NCBI RefSeq assembly: GCF_001194135.2
Contig: NC_068992.1
Coordinates: 35,375,527 to 35,415,112, forward strand
Length of the DNA stretch: 39,586 nucleotides
Direction of reading: 5' to 3'
From: Octopus bimaculoides
Lineage: Eukaryota
Below are positions 11,935-23,502 of the stretch, in pieces; position 1 is the first letter of the stretch, and every line of letters begins with the position of its first letter. The notes beneath the pieces are model-generated. The model had not been told where the DNA came from. It did not search any database and saw only the letters and a program-made list of their open reading frames with translations. The position numbers and the translations under genes were made by a program.

Positions 11935-13435
11935 ATTATCTGTGAGAGTAAAACAGAATTCCGTGAAGTCAACACGAGAGAACTGAGCTTCCTCCTTAAA
12001 CTAAGCTATTACTGTAAATACCTAGATAATTATGACCTTAGTAGCTTCTGCCCCACCAGGTCACAGAGGGAAAGACCACCCCTCGGCAGTGAAGAAAAGC
12101 ACCGCAGAGTGCTGGAGTGGCTGGACCATACCCATCTAGGACCCTGAGAACAACAGTCAGGTGAAAAGAATGATTGCAAATGCAATTGAGGCTAGCATAA
12201 GAACCACCTTAAAGAACCACATAGTAAAGTTTAGCAGGAAACTATACATTCATGTTCAAGGTGCAGCCATAGGTGTCGGTAAGGCTGGAGATATGGCCGT
12301 ACTTTTCCTGACCTGGTGGGACTGGAAACTTAATCCTCAGAAGAACAATCCACAACTGTGTTGCTTTACTGTAGGTATGTAGATGATATTCATATTCTAG
12401 TTAGCAAAATCTCTAGTAACAGTAATGTAGAAACTAAGAGGAGCACACTGGATAGCATCCAGCACGTAGCGAACTCCATCTCCCAAAGTGTCAAGGTAAC
12501 TATAGATTACCACACTAGATATACTAACAATAGACTCTCTGTCCTTGACACTGAAATTTGGTTAGAGATTGTGAACAACAGAGTTTAGCTCCTCCACTCC
12601 TATTACATGAAACCCGTAGCTTCTAAATATGTTTTTCGCAAGAGCTGAGCTTTGTCACACAACATGAAAATCAACACATTGCTAGCAGACTTAGACTAAT
12701 GAATAGCGAGTCCCCAATATGGGAAACCTTACGAGACAAAGAAGCATGTACAGAACTTCATGCACTGCATGCTTCTCTAGATATGATCAGAAAGATAGGG
12801 TTCGTGTAAACAGGGGAGCTAGAAAGAAGTTAGATAGCATTATATGTAATGAAACCAATGGTACCAATAGAAATATAGATTGGAACAGGATACAAAGAGT
12901 TTGTGACAAAGCAAACAGGGTGAACACGTGATACAAAACCGACAAATATCAAGGAGTGATGTTTGTAGAGGCCACAGCCCATAGAGAGCTAGCCCGGGGA
13001 TTTAGGAAAGCTCTGAAGGAGCTTTCCTAAACACAACATTAAGATCGTTGAAAAGCCAGGAAGCTCTATCAGATTACAACTATGATATTTGAGTATCCCC
13101 CATGAACCAATGATAACTGTATGGTATGTAAAATTAATTCTGACATCAACTGCAGAAATAGAAATCTAGTCTATAGCATCAGGTGCATAGAGGGTGCTTG
13201 TAAAGACAAGAACATGACATACCTTGGTGAGACATCCAGAGGCATTTGGGAGAGACTAAATGGGCATTTGAGACGAACATGGAGGCACACTTGGTCGACG
13301 AACATGAAGGCACACTTGGTCGACTTGACATCCGCACTTTACCGAAGTACCCGAAGTACCCAAGACTCAAACAAATACAGGAGTACATCCTCATAAATGA
13401 AACATTCCCAGTACTAAATAGGAAATATACGTAAA
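11935..13435 (+). mobile_element. Penelope-like retroelement (RT and GIY-YIG), decayed
   Basis: NHIVKF..KLYI.VQGAAIGV..AG, LLYCRYVDDI, RLSVLDTEIW, YYMKPVASKY, then C.NRNLVYSIRC..GAC...MTYLGETSRG..ERLNGH; several stops and frameshifts. Confidence 0.88.
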
Positions 13436-13494
13436 AAGGTAGTCATACTCCAATAACCACAGCTTATATATACAATGGTAGAGTGGTTAGTAGA

Positions 13495-13893
13495 CTGTTA
13501 TGTAGACGTATATATGTGTGTGTTTGTGTGTGTGTGAGTTTGTGTGTGGGTGAATGGATACGTAAGTAAACAGATAGATAAATAGATAGACAAGTACATA
13601 AATAATACGGACAGGCAAGCACACACACATACATACCGCAATGAAAACTAAAACATATGACCATATACACACACGCACGCTTCACGCACACATATACGAA
13701 GACAGACATCCATACATAACAGACACACGTACATAGTAATAGTAACGCATACACATAGACACACTGAAACATGCACACACAAGGAGACAGACGTACACAC
13801 AAATACATACACACACGCATATACATATGTGCATACAGACCCATACAAGCATACACGCACATACATATATGCATACATACATACATACGCACA

Positions 13894-13924
<31 letters not shown>

Positions 13925-13965
13925 GTGTATACATATGCACACTGACGCACACACATGCGCAGAAA
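13495..13965. repeat. Degenerate (CA)/(CATA)n simple-repeat region
   Basis: TG-rich then CA/CATA-rich cryptic repeats; (CATA)n around 13875-13920. Confidence 0.85.
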
Positions 13966-14257
13966 CAAACAAACAAAAAGAACGCAGCTCTGATAAAGGA
14001 CAGTCAACAAGTGAAAAGGTTGCAAGACGCAACAAACATTTGTGAAAGAATGAATAACTATTTGAGTAGAAATTGAAACGGTGAGTGTGTTAAATAATAA
14101 GGCACTAAAAGAGAATGATTCTCCCCAGACACAATAAAGTATGTTTCAACGCACAAATTCACATAAGGAATGTTGCAAACCAAATTCAAAAACCAAAATG
14201 TATATATAATTCACTTAGGCATTTTGACAGTAATAGCCTGGTGTTATATATTACTCT

Positions 14258-14380
14258 TTTAATCTTTTACTTGTTTCAGTCATTTGACTGCGCCATACTG
14301 GAGCACTACCTTTCGTCGAACAAATCGAACCCAGGGCTTATTCTTTGGAAGCTTAGTACTTATTCTATCGTTCTCTTTTG
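14258..14380 (-). mobile_element. 3' portion of an abundant octopus-type tRNA-derived SINE, running into an N-gap
   Basis: CTTTTACTTGTTTCAGTCATTTGACTGCG-CCATACTGGAGCAC...AAATCGAACCCAGGGCTTATTCTTTGGAAGCTTAGTACTTATTCTATCG matches my recollection of this SINE family. Confidence 0.75.
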
Positions 14381-15445
14381 NNNNNNNNNNNNNNNNNNNN
14401 NNNNNNNNNNNNNNNNNNNNNNNNNNNNNNNNNNNNNNNNNNNNNNNNNNNNNNNNNNNNNNNNNNNNNNNNNNNNNNNNNNNNNNNNNNNNNNNNNNNN
14501 NNNNNNNNNNNNNNNNNNNNNNNNNNNNNNNNNNNNNNNNNNNNNNNNNNNNNNNNNNNNNNNNNNNNNNNNNNNNNNNNNNNNNNNNNNNNNNNNNNNN
14601 NNNNNNNNNNNNNNNNNNNNNNNNNNNNNNNNNNNNNNNNNNNNNNNNNNNNNNNNNNNNNNNNNNNNNNNNNNNNNNNNNNNNNNNNNNNNNNNNNNNN
14701 NNNNNNNNNNNNNNNNNNNNNNNNNNNNNNNNNNNNNNNNNNNNNNNNNNNNNNNNNNNNNNNNNNNNNNNNNNNNNNNNNNNNNNNNNNNNNNNNNNNN
14801 NNNNNNNNNNNNNNNNNNNNNNNNNNNNNNNNNNNNNNNNNNNNNNNNNNNNNNNNNNNNNNNNNNNNNNNNNNNNNNNNNNNNNNNNNNNNNNNNNNNN
14901 NNNNNNNNNNNNNNNNNNNNNNNNNNNNNNNNNNNNNNNNNNNNNNNNNNNNNNNNNNNNNNNNNNNNNNNNNNNNNNNNNNNNNNNNNNNNNNNNNNNN
15001 NNNNNNNNNNNNNNNNNNNNNNNNNNNNNNNNNNNNNNNNNNNNNNNNNNNNNNNNNNNNNNNNNNNNNNNNNNNNNNNNNNNNNNNNNNNNNNNNNNNN
15101 NNNNNNNNNNNNNNNNNNNNNNNNNNNNNNNNNNNNNNNNNNNNNNNNNNNNNNNNNNNNNNNNNNNNNNNNNNNNNNNNNNNNNNNNNNNNNNNNNNNN
15201 NNNNNNNNNNNNNNNNNNNNNNNNNNNNNNNNNNNNNNNNNNNNNNNNNNNNNNNNNNNNNNNNNNNNNNNNNNNNNNNNNNNNNNNNNNNNNNNNNNNN
15301 NNNNNNNNNNNNNNNNNNNNNNNNNNNNNNNNNNNNNNNNNNNNNNNATATGTAAGTATATCGTATGTTATATATATATATATATATATATGAATTTCAT
15401 AAATGGAGTAATAAGCATATGTTAAATGAATTCTTTTATTTCCAG

Positions 15446-15547
15446 CATATGTTTCGAAGATTACAAATGGTTACTTCCAAAGCAATAAGTGATATTGATA
15501 AAGATGTAATCTTCTCTTCAGGGAAATACATAGGAACCAGCTTAACC
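15446..15547 (+). CDS. Candidate internal coding exon
   Basis: Acceptor TTCTTTTATTTCCAG, 34 codons HMFRRLQMVTSKAISDIDKDVIFSSGKYIGTSLT, donor ACC|GTAAGG; phase 0-0; other two frames blocked. Confidence 0.45.
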
Positions 15548-16442
15548 GTAAGGCATTTTAACCGAATGTGAGGTTGCAACGCTACGAGACAGTACGTTGG
15601 ACAAGGAGAGAAGAAAAGAAGGAAAAGAAGGAATTTAGAATTTAGAATGGGAAGTGAATAAATTGATTTAAACACGTTAAAAATGGGAGAAGAATGTTTT
15701 ATGTATAATGAGACAGCAAAGGGAAATTAATCTTGTATTTATACATGCAGTGTTGATATAAATGCTTATAATTATATATATATATATTCATATATATACG
15801 AATATATGTGTACACATTTATATACATGGACACACATGCACACATATATACACACACATACACACATATATATAGACACATACATGCATATACATACATT
15901 AGTATGCATATACACACGGTAGTCGTGTGGTGATAAATATTATGCGTATTACTCCATTTATAAATTTTTTATATTTACTCAATTACCCAAAATAACAGGA
16001 AGTTTCTACCCCATAAACAGGAGTTACACCACAGTCATTTTGTGATCTTTGCTACCCTGGTATCTATTAACCAATTTATTTTGTCGGAGTTAATTATTAA
16101 CTAAGAGAATATAAATAGATATAATAATAATATATGTATGTATATATATATATATATATATATATNNNNNNNNNNNNNNNNNNNNNNNNNNNNNNNNNNN
16201 NNNNNNNNNNNNNNNNNNNNNNNNNNNNNNNNNNNNNNNNNNNNNNNNNNNNNNNNNNNNNNNNNNNNNNNNNNNNNNNNNNNNNNNNNNNNNNNNNNNN
16301 NNNNNNNNNNNNNNNNNNNNNNNNNNNNNNNNNNNNNNNNNNNNNNNNNNNNNNNNNNNNNNNNNNNNNNNNNNNNNNNNNNNNNNNNNNNNNNNNNNNN
16401 NNNNNNNNNNNNATATTTGTATTTATGTGCTTTTCTGAGTAT

Positions 16443-16501
16443 ATTCCACTGATGAAAGCAAAGCATCTCTTATGCAAAGCCAGAAATCCGGGATCTGGGA
16501 T
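16443..16501 (+). ncRNA. Minimal type I hammerhead ribozyme candidate (Penelope-associated type)
   Basis: ATTCCA-CTGATGA-[AAGCAAA GCAT CTCTT ATGC AAAGCCA]-GAA-ATCC G GGAT-C-TGGGAT: intact core, 6-bp stem I (one G-U), palindromic stem III, AUC cleavage triplet; base of stem II mismatched. Confidence 0.6.
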
Positions 16502-16830
16502 TATCCAGTAATTTTTACTAGTTTTATTTTGTCTCTTCGTCTTCTCTCCTGGTGCTATATAAACATTTAATGTTGTTTTAGAGTCAAGTTTTGGCTGCTA
16601 TTTCCTGCGTGACGGTATCTCTTAGATACCCTAAATTATAATTTTAGATTATTTTATATATATATATGCATGTATACATATACATATGCATACATATACA
16701 CACACACACACATATATATGTATATATATAGATTCAGGTGAATATGATTCTTATATTAAACTATTTCATTTTCCTCCCTTCATTGTGGTAAGAAAATATT
16801 TTGGTATATACTCTTAATATTCATATTTTT

Positions 16831-17053
16831 TTATTGCCCACAAGGAGCTAACCATAGAGGTGACAAACAAGGACAGACAAAGGGATTAAGTCGATTACAT
16901 AGACCCCAATGCGTAACTGGTACTTTATTATCGACCTCGGAAGGATGAAAGGCAAAGTCGACCTTGGCGGACTTTGAACTCAGAATGTAACGGCAGACGA
17001 AATACTGCTCAGTATTTCGCCCGGCGTACTAACGTGTCTGCTAGCTCGCCGCT
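16831..17053 (-). mobile_element. tRNA-derived SINE, full length
   Basis: Reverse strand: AGCGGCGAGCTAGCAG (A-box-like), GAGTTCAAAGTCC (B-box-like), central GTCGACTTTGCCTTTCATCCTTCCGAGGTCGATAA, A-rich 3' end; degenerate flanking duplication CTCTT(T)AATATTCATA. Confidence 0.88.
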
Positions 17054-17089
17054 TTCTATGAATATTCTCTTAATATTCATAGCTTTTTT

Positions 17090-18180
17090 TATCATTTTGT
17101 TAAAATTTCATTCTTAATAATCTTCTTGATTACCCTGAATTTTTAAGACAATATAGTTTTGAAATGATCTTTTGAGATTATTTGACTTTTCTCTTTCTTA
17201 AATAGCTCTACTCTCCTTATCCTAGTAATTTATATGAGCCTTTTATATAAATAACCATTTGAAACAAGTACTACCAAGAAACTATAAATTCCATGTAAGT
17301 AATAAAAGTAATAACTTCTTTAAATCTTAAACCTATAAAATAATCCTTCAGTTTATATATGGAAAGATTAGTGCAAAATTTTGAATGTTCCATAACTTAA
17401 ATATTCTTTTAAATGATACTAAACATCAGTTTTTTTTTATTGATGTTAGCTATACAAGTTAAATTAAAAAATTTTAGTCCAGTATATTCTAAATCATTAT
17501 ACTTTTTCTATATAAATCTTCTCTATTGTGTTAATAAACTAAATATACTTTACCATAGCATTGGTAATTTAGCCATTATATTTCTATGGTATTCTGCCCT
17601 AATTGATTATTTTATTTCATTTCTTTATTAATTAATAACTACCCTTTATTTATTCATAAATAAATTAAGCAAATCTTTGTATCTCTATTAATTCATACTT
17701 AGCATATATAAAACTATACTGATATATTTACTGCATACATATAAAAAAATTCTTTAGAATATAATTTTATTAATATATAATTAGAATGTTCTTTTACCTC
17801 AATACTCCTTTATTAATATCAGTATATACCTATTAATCATTATTCATAGATACCATATGATGAGTAAGTTTTTTAAGTGTGGAGTATATATAAATATTAA
17901 ACTATTTCTGAATAATTTTCTTTTCTTTTCCTTCCTCTATTGTGGTATAAGTTTGGTATATACTCAAAAGTATCCATAAATTTCTATCCTTTTTTTAATA
18001 TATACTTATTAATAACCCTATGAATAGCCATAAACTTTGTTTGTATACAGTATAGCAAACATCTTGTCAGCCAACATCTTGTTTTAAGTTTTCCTTTACC
18101 AAACCTCATGAGTTTATGGCTATACCAGCTATGATTTCTGTCTGCTCTATCACTTCTACCCCTAAGAGATAATGCCTTTA
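17090..18180 (-). mobile_element. Highly decayed, very AT-rich Penelope-like RT fragment
   Basis: Broken translation includes IFPYIN.RII and VSNGY..KRLI.ITRIRRVELFKKEK...FKT..S.KFRVIKKII..EIL, resembling the PLE thumb region (PY...RI; NGY....I...R.ELL...IKKII); many stops. Confidence 0.4.
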
Positions 18181-18289
18181 CTCTCTATATATACATATGT
18201 ATGTATGTGGTAAATGAAAGACGGAAGATGGAATATACCTGAATTTAATTATATATATGTATATATATATATATATATATTATGCAATC

Positions 18290-18560
18290 TTTAATCAGTG
18301 CATTAGCAATGAATCATCTTTTATCGCAGACTATAGACATCTTTTGAATGCATCCACCACAGATGACACTACTGCAAGGATCTTAGAATAATACCCACGC
18401 AAATATTAGAAACAAAAGATATAATAGGAACAGTAGCTACCCACGAATTTATTTAGAACAGTTCCTACCAATACTGCTACAGTCACAGCAGATCACTTTT
18501 AAGTCAATTGAATATTAAAGTACATCCCACGGACATCCTTTACTACTATGTCATACCACT
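18290..18560 (+). mobile_element. 3' fragment of a Penelope-like element, same family as 32590-34150
   Basis: Aligns by eye with 33900-34150 (ATTAGCAA.GA.TCAT.TTTTATCGCA..., ATGACACTACT.CAAGG..T.AGAATAATACCCAC.CAAATATTA, ACA.CAGATCACTTT). Confidence 0.8.
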
Positions 18561-18567
18561 GCCGTCG

Positions 18568-18724
18568 TCTTCTTCTTCTTCTTCTTCTTCTTCTTCTTCT
18601 TCTTCTTCTTCTTCTTCTTCTTCTTCTTCTTCTTCTTCTTCTTCTTTTTCTTCTTCTTCTTCTTCTTCTTCTTCTTCTTCTTCTTCTTCTTCTTCTTCTT
18701 CTTCTTCTTCTTCTTCTTCTTCTT
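18568..18724. repeat. (TTC)n microsatellite
   Basis: Long near-perfect TTC run. Confidence 0.97.
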
Positions 18725-18736
18725 CGCTTTTAGGCT

Positions 18737-18865
18737 AGCTGTATGGCAAGAAATTAGCTTCAGAATTACACGGTTCCGAGTTTAATCCCTTAGTGTAGCA
18801 CCTAGGGCAGGTGTCTTGTACAATACTCTTGGATCGAGCAAAGAATTGTAGGTGTATTTGGTAGA
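18737..18865 (+). mobile_element. Degraded 5' head of a tRNA-derived SINE
   Basis: GCTGTATGGCAAG (A-box-like), GGTTCCGAGTTTAATCCC (B-box-like), GCACCTAGGGCAGGTGTCTT, ...GTATTTGGTAGA; probably the family whose tail is at 14258. Confidence 0.65.
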
Positions 18866-18934
18866 TTTTAACAGATATATTTAACAAAATTACTGAAAAA
18901 TATCTTGAAATACTAAAAAATAAATTCATTTAAT

Positions 18935-19595
18935 AAAATCGCCATTGGCTTCAACCACGGCCTCCAAACGACTTCGAAATCTCATGCTACTCTTCTGAAC
19001 GGTCTCCTTGTTTAAGATGGTGAATGCTGTCATAATCCTTGTAGTCAGGGGAGTTAGGTGGCGATATATTAGGTGATGGGGTCGCAGAAATTATCTGATT
19101 GCCACGACTGGGTTCTCCTACTTGTGTGGAATGGAACAGAGTCCTGTTACCAGACATAGGGTCTTCCAGCAGTCACTCTCTTGACCCAGTGCAGCACTAC
19201 CTCATCCAGGCACTTGATGTAGTCCTCCGTGTTGAGTTTGAGGGCGTGTGGGAAGATGGATGGAAGCATAACGTCGTCATCACTAGTGATCACTCCAAAA
19301 AGCATTATGTTGACTGGATGTTTTAATTTTATCACACTCGTTACTTGTTCTGGCGACACAGTTGTTCTGTAAGTTTACTATCTGTTCGCATTGGGGCTTC
19401 CGGCGCGAATTCCAAGCAGTACATCATGTTGTTTTCAGATTTCTGGCAGAGTGAATTGCATCACGGTGCTGTTTTTCTCACAGGCAGTGCTCAGTCGAAC
19501 CTACTATATTGTGTAGTCAGTAAAATCAAACAGAAATAAGGCGCATGCGCAATATAGAAAATATAAAATAGCGACAATTTACCCATTGCTCACTG
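18935..19595 (-). mobile_element. Tc1/mariner-superfamily transposon (maT/DD37D-like), internally deleted
   Basis: KHPVNIMLFGVITSDDDVM.P.IFPH.L.LNTE.YIKCL.EVVL.WVKRV.AGRPYVW.QDS.P.HTSRRTQ.W...F.D.I.PN..PPNSPD; N-terminal MQFTLPEI; putative 5' TIR CAGTGAGCAATGGGTAAATTGTCGC at 19571-19595; no second TIR seen. Confidence 0.8.
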
Positions 19596-19606
19596 TGCGT
19601 GTGTGT

Positions 19607-19608
<2 letters not shown>

Positions 19609-19680
<72 letters not shown>
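19609..19680. repeat. (TG)n microsatellite
   Basis: Pure TG run. Confidence 0.97.
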
Positions 19681-19681
<1 letters not shown>

Positions 19682-19682
<1 letters not shown>

Positions 19683-20098
19683 TGGGTTGCCGACTAAGTT
19701 TCCGCTTGTTTTTGTAATTTTTGGAATTTATTGCGTTTTAAAATTTTGGAATTTTTTGTTCGAGAATTCTATTTTTTAATCATTTTGTAATCTATTTTGA
19801 TTTTGTTTATGATTTTTTTCTAGTTAATTTTAGTTATTTTTTGTTTATTTTCAGTTCATTAAAATGGAATGTCAAGTTAGGAAAAACGAGCATTTCTTGC
19901 TTTTAATCAAGGTTCTAAGGCCGCAAAAGCTGCTCGTGACATTTGTGCTGTGTATGGAGAGGGTGCCATAGCTGAAAGAACCGCTCGTGATTGGTATGTT
20001 CAAAAATGGAAATTTTGACCTCAAAGACGCACCACGTTCTGGCCATCCAGTAGAGTTCGATGAAGAGCAATTAAACTAACTTTTGCACGAAAATTCTC
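19682..20098 (+). mobile_element. Mariner 5' fragment
   Basis: TA|TTGGGTTGCCGACTAAGTTTCCGC TIR-like start; frameshifted MECQV.KNEH..., NQGSKAAKAARDICAVYGEGAIAERTARDW, GNFDLKDAPRSG.PVEFDEE..LHENS helix-turn-helix region. Confidence 0.88.
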
Positions 20099-20121
20099 AG
20101 TTTATGTTTCTTATTCTACAG

Positions 20122-20387
20122 CTACACCAGCAATCCAATGTCAACCCTTCGCCTTCTGCACCATTTCGACGGTTCACTTCCCCGTTGCCGTCTCTCATTA
20201 CTGCCCCTTTCCGGAGTGTACCCATTTACGTACAATATCTCCATACCTACATTCATTCGACAGTCAACCGTACAATGTGTCGAGTTAGACGCAGCGCCGA
20301 CCAACACAAAGGAGAGTATATCCATTGACAGATTTTCAGTGCATTCAAAAATCACATGCACCCCATACCCAAATTCTTTCATGACAG
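20122..20387 (+). CDS. Candidate internal coding exon
   Basis: Acceptor TTTCTTATTCTACAG, donor ACAG|GTTAGG, locally raised GC, open frame YTSNPMSTLRLLHHFDGSLPRCRLSLLPLSGVYPFTYNISIPTF...KITCTPYPNSFMT (phase 2 to 1); no TE motif recognised. Confidence 0.45.
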
Positions 20388-20507
20388 GTTAGGGCCTGGA
20401 ATCCTCCAAACGGACGCATGACATGTCGCTTAATGTAATTAGTGCATCATTTACTCCATAAATATTTTGTGGTCAATGCTGCACTTTCCATATTATATGT
20501 CTCAACA

Positions 20508-22960
20508 TCTATACTATAATGGAGAAAGCTGCTTATTAATTAGGTATGCAGCAATTACTAAAAATACTAAAAGAAAACAATATTAAAAGCTTGACCGTCT
20601 AGAAATATTTTTATAAATTCATGTTCTAAAAAATTGCCTATAATTTTGATTTCTGAAGTTTATTGAATTTTTTTAATTCGCAAATTTAAATATTCATTGC
20701 ATTCACTGCATTCAATTCTTCATGAATTTAAATGTTCATTGCATTCACTGCGGAGTTTTATTTGCAACAGTCTCTCATTCTCACTTGCTTCTATTTTCAT
20801 TAATGATAATTTAACGGTAGCTATATAACTTTGATACGAGACGCAATTTCAAGAATATTATCAGTTTCCGGAGTTTGTTAAATGAATATTTTTGATAAAA
20901 TAATTTTTAAAAAAAATATTGGTATTATTCTTAAGTGATTTTCTGTTGAATGAATGCATGCTAAAACACAAAATAGCTGTATAACTTTGATACGAGGCAC
21001 AATTTCCAGAATATTATCAGTTTCCGGAGTTTGTTAAATGAATATTTTTGATAAAATGAATATTCTTTATATACCGGTATAATCTTTTTAAATGAAGAAG
21101 TTATTTTGTTGGCGTGGCTACTTGGAACGCTGTAAACCTTACAATAATAACTATGTGATCGCTGCAATTTCTAGCATGGTAAATAAGATAGTTTTAACTA
21201 GCTTTCACTTATACGATTTTTTCATTTCATGTTTACACAAAATAGTTGTATAACTTTGATACGAGGCACAATTTCCAGAATATTATCATTTTCCGGAGTT
21301 TATTAAATGAATATTTTTGGTAAGATGAAAATTCTTTCATATACCCGTATAATTATTTTCTTTTTTTTTTTAATGAAGTAGTGATTTTGTAGGTATGACT
21401 ACTTACAATAATAACTAGGTGATTGGTGCTATTTCTAGCACGCTAAACGAGATAGTTTTTAATGAGCTTTCACTTATATATAATATGCGACTGAAAATTA
21501 AAATTTAGTAGCACAGGCACAACGGCAGAGAGAAAGACGGGCAACTGAATCAGATGAAACCAGGGCAAAGCGTCTGAAACAGATGCCTGAATATGCACGG
21601 AGACGTAGATATGATTCGGTTTAGACGTAGACACGACCGACTGTTTAGAGTATCTCAAGAGGAGAATATTCTACTTCAAAAGAATGTTGTCAGATCACAG
21701 ATTGTTGATGCACGTTGATGTACGTAAATGGGTACATCAGTAGTGAGAGATGGCAACGGGGAAGTGAACTATCGAAATGGTACAGAAGGCAAAGGATTGA
21801 CATGGGATTGCTGGTGTGGCTGTAGAATAAGAATCTTTTCTTTGCGATCATGTGGAAGTAGTGGAGTTGACAACCAATCTAAGACTTCTTACAGAATGTC
21901 ATTCTGGTGGATGAGTGATATGACAGTTTGCTAATTACCTTCTTGATATAGGAAATGGTAACAATTCTGTTGAACAAAGCCTAGGTGAATTCAAAATCAA
22001 ACTATGCAATGACTCTTACTTTGAAAGTGGTACTTTTTCAGATCTATGTGATTTTGCATGCGCTGACCTAAAAAATAACTTCACAAACCCTGTAGGATTT
22101 GCAAATAGAACCATCGTTACTCCAACAAATGAAGCAACACAATTTGTGAATGATTTTCTGTTAACCAGGATCCCAGGTGAGCTAAAATTATACAGAAGCT
22201 CAGGTACAGTTAATATTGAAACTCTGAACCCAATCGAGTTCATCAGCAAACTTACACCATCAGGGTTTCCACCAAAAAGCACAGGGACAGACTTTTGGAC
22301 AAATTTGAATATATCTTCCGATACCATTCTTCTCACATGGTCAGCTGTATATTGCATTATATAGTGTTCGAAAGAAGGCTAATGTAAAAATATTGGTTGC
22401 GAGAAATAGAAATAGTATGATTACTGACAATTGTGTCTACAAGGAGATACTATTTTAAAGCAAAATATATTTTTTAACAAGTTTCAGTAAATAGGATTAA
22501 TACATAAATTAAACGTTAAGTATCATATATTTGTGCAGAATTAAATTGATGTGGCATATTTCAACACATGCCGAATGAATGATATCGTTATATTAGATCA
22601 TATTAAATTTGGGTATATTTGAAAAAGTAAGGAAACATCATTCCCATATGTTCTCACAGCACGAGACTTTTGTGTGTGTGAGTGTGTGAGCATCTAGCTA
22701 TCTATCTATTTGCCTATCTACCTATCGATCTATGCACACCTGAGTCAGTTCAATTATTAATGATAAATATATGTAAGATTGATTTTTTTAAATGAGAGAT
22801 TATGACTGATAAGATAACGAAAGCAATATTTACAAAGCAAGTGAGCAGAGAAATAATTAGACGTAAAATAACATCAATGTTATTACAATTGGAAATCAAA
22901 TGTGGAAATATTATCGAGTGGCTAGGAGAAAACCGCCCGTGGGGGCGGTCATTCTGCTAG
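20508..22960 (+). mobile_element. Helitron, both termini present, internally deleted Rep/PIF1-helicase remnant
   Basis: A|TCTATACTATAAT 5' end; 3' hairpin ACCGCCC-GTGG-GGGCGGT (22932-22949) then CTAG|T (22957-22961); helicase motifs ELTTNLR, FANYLLDIGNG, TPTNE, LTPSGFPP, KAQGQTF, FSHGQLYIAL, VYKEIL. The 5' end is less certain than the 3' end. Confidence 0.88.
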
Positions 22961-22969
22961 TGGTCGTGA

Positions 22970-23115
22970 TATATATATATATATATATATAAAGCTTGAA
23001 ACACGTGTACCACGATATCCTTTGTGTTCTGTTTTCGATTTACTTTTAATATATATACATAAATATATATACAAACAGTCATTTTAATCCCGGACAACAT
23101 CGGGTATCAATGCTA

Positions 23116-23116
<1 letters not shown>
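22970..23116 (+). mobile_element. Probable non-autonomous mini-Helitron
   Basis: (TA)n-AAAGC start; hairpin CCCG-GACAACAT-CGGG (23089-23104) followed 8 nt later by CTAG|T (23113-23117); no clear TC 5' dinucleotide. Confidence 0.55.

Positions 23117-23207
<91 letters not shown>
23117..23207. repeat. (TA)n(TG)n compound microsatellite running into an N-gap
   Basis: Seen directly. Confidence 0.95.
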
Positions 23208-23448
23208 NNNNNNNNNNNNNNNNNNNNNNNNNNNNNNNNNNNNNNNNNNNNNNNNNNNNNNNNNNNNNNNNNNNNNNNNNNNNNNNNNNNNNNNNNNNNN
23301 NNNNNNNNNNNNNNNNNNNNNNNNNNNNNNNNNNNNNNNNNNNNNNNNNNNNNNNNNNNNNNNNNNNNNNNNNNNNNNNNNNNNNNNNNNNNNNNNNNNN
23401 NNNNNNNNNNNNNNNNNNNNNNNNNNNNNNNNNNNNNNNNNNNNNNNN

Positions 23449-23502
<54 letters not shown>

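Noticed and set aside
13272-13325. 25-nt tandem duplication in the PLE GIY-YIG region
   Set aside because: Local slippage causing a frameshift in an already dead copy.
11100-13965. TG-rich DNA left and CA-rich DNA right of the PLE as giant inverted repeats
   Set aside because: Only compositional complementarity; no colinear unique match seen.
10322-14076. ORFs rich in HT/YI/CV dipeptides
   Set aside because: Translations of (CA)/(TA)/(TG) simple repeats.
19438-19518. Exon-like + strand segment DFWQSELHHGAVFLTG and nearby GCGCATGCGC palindrome
   Set aside because: Both lie in the 5' region of the minus-strand maT-like transposon.
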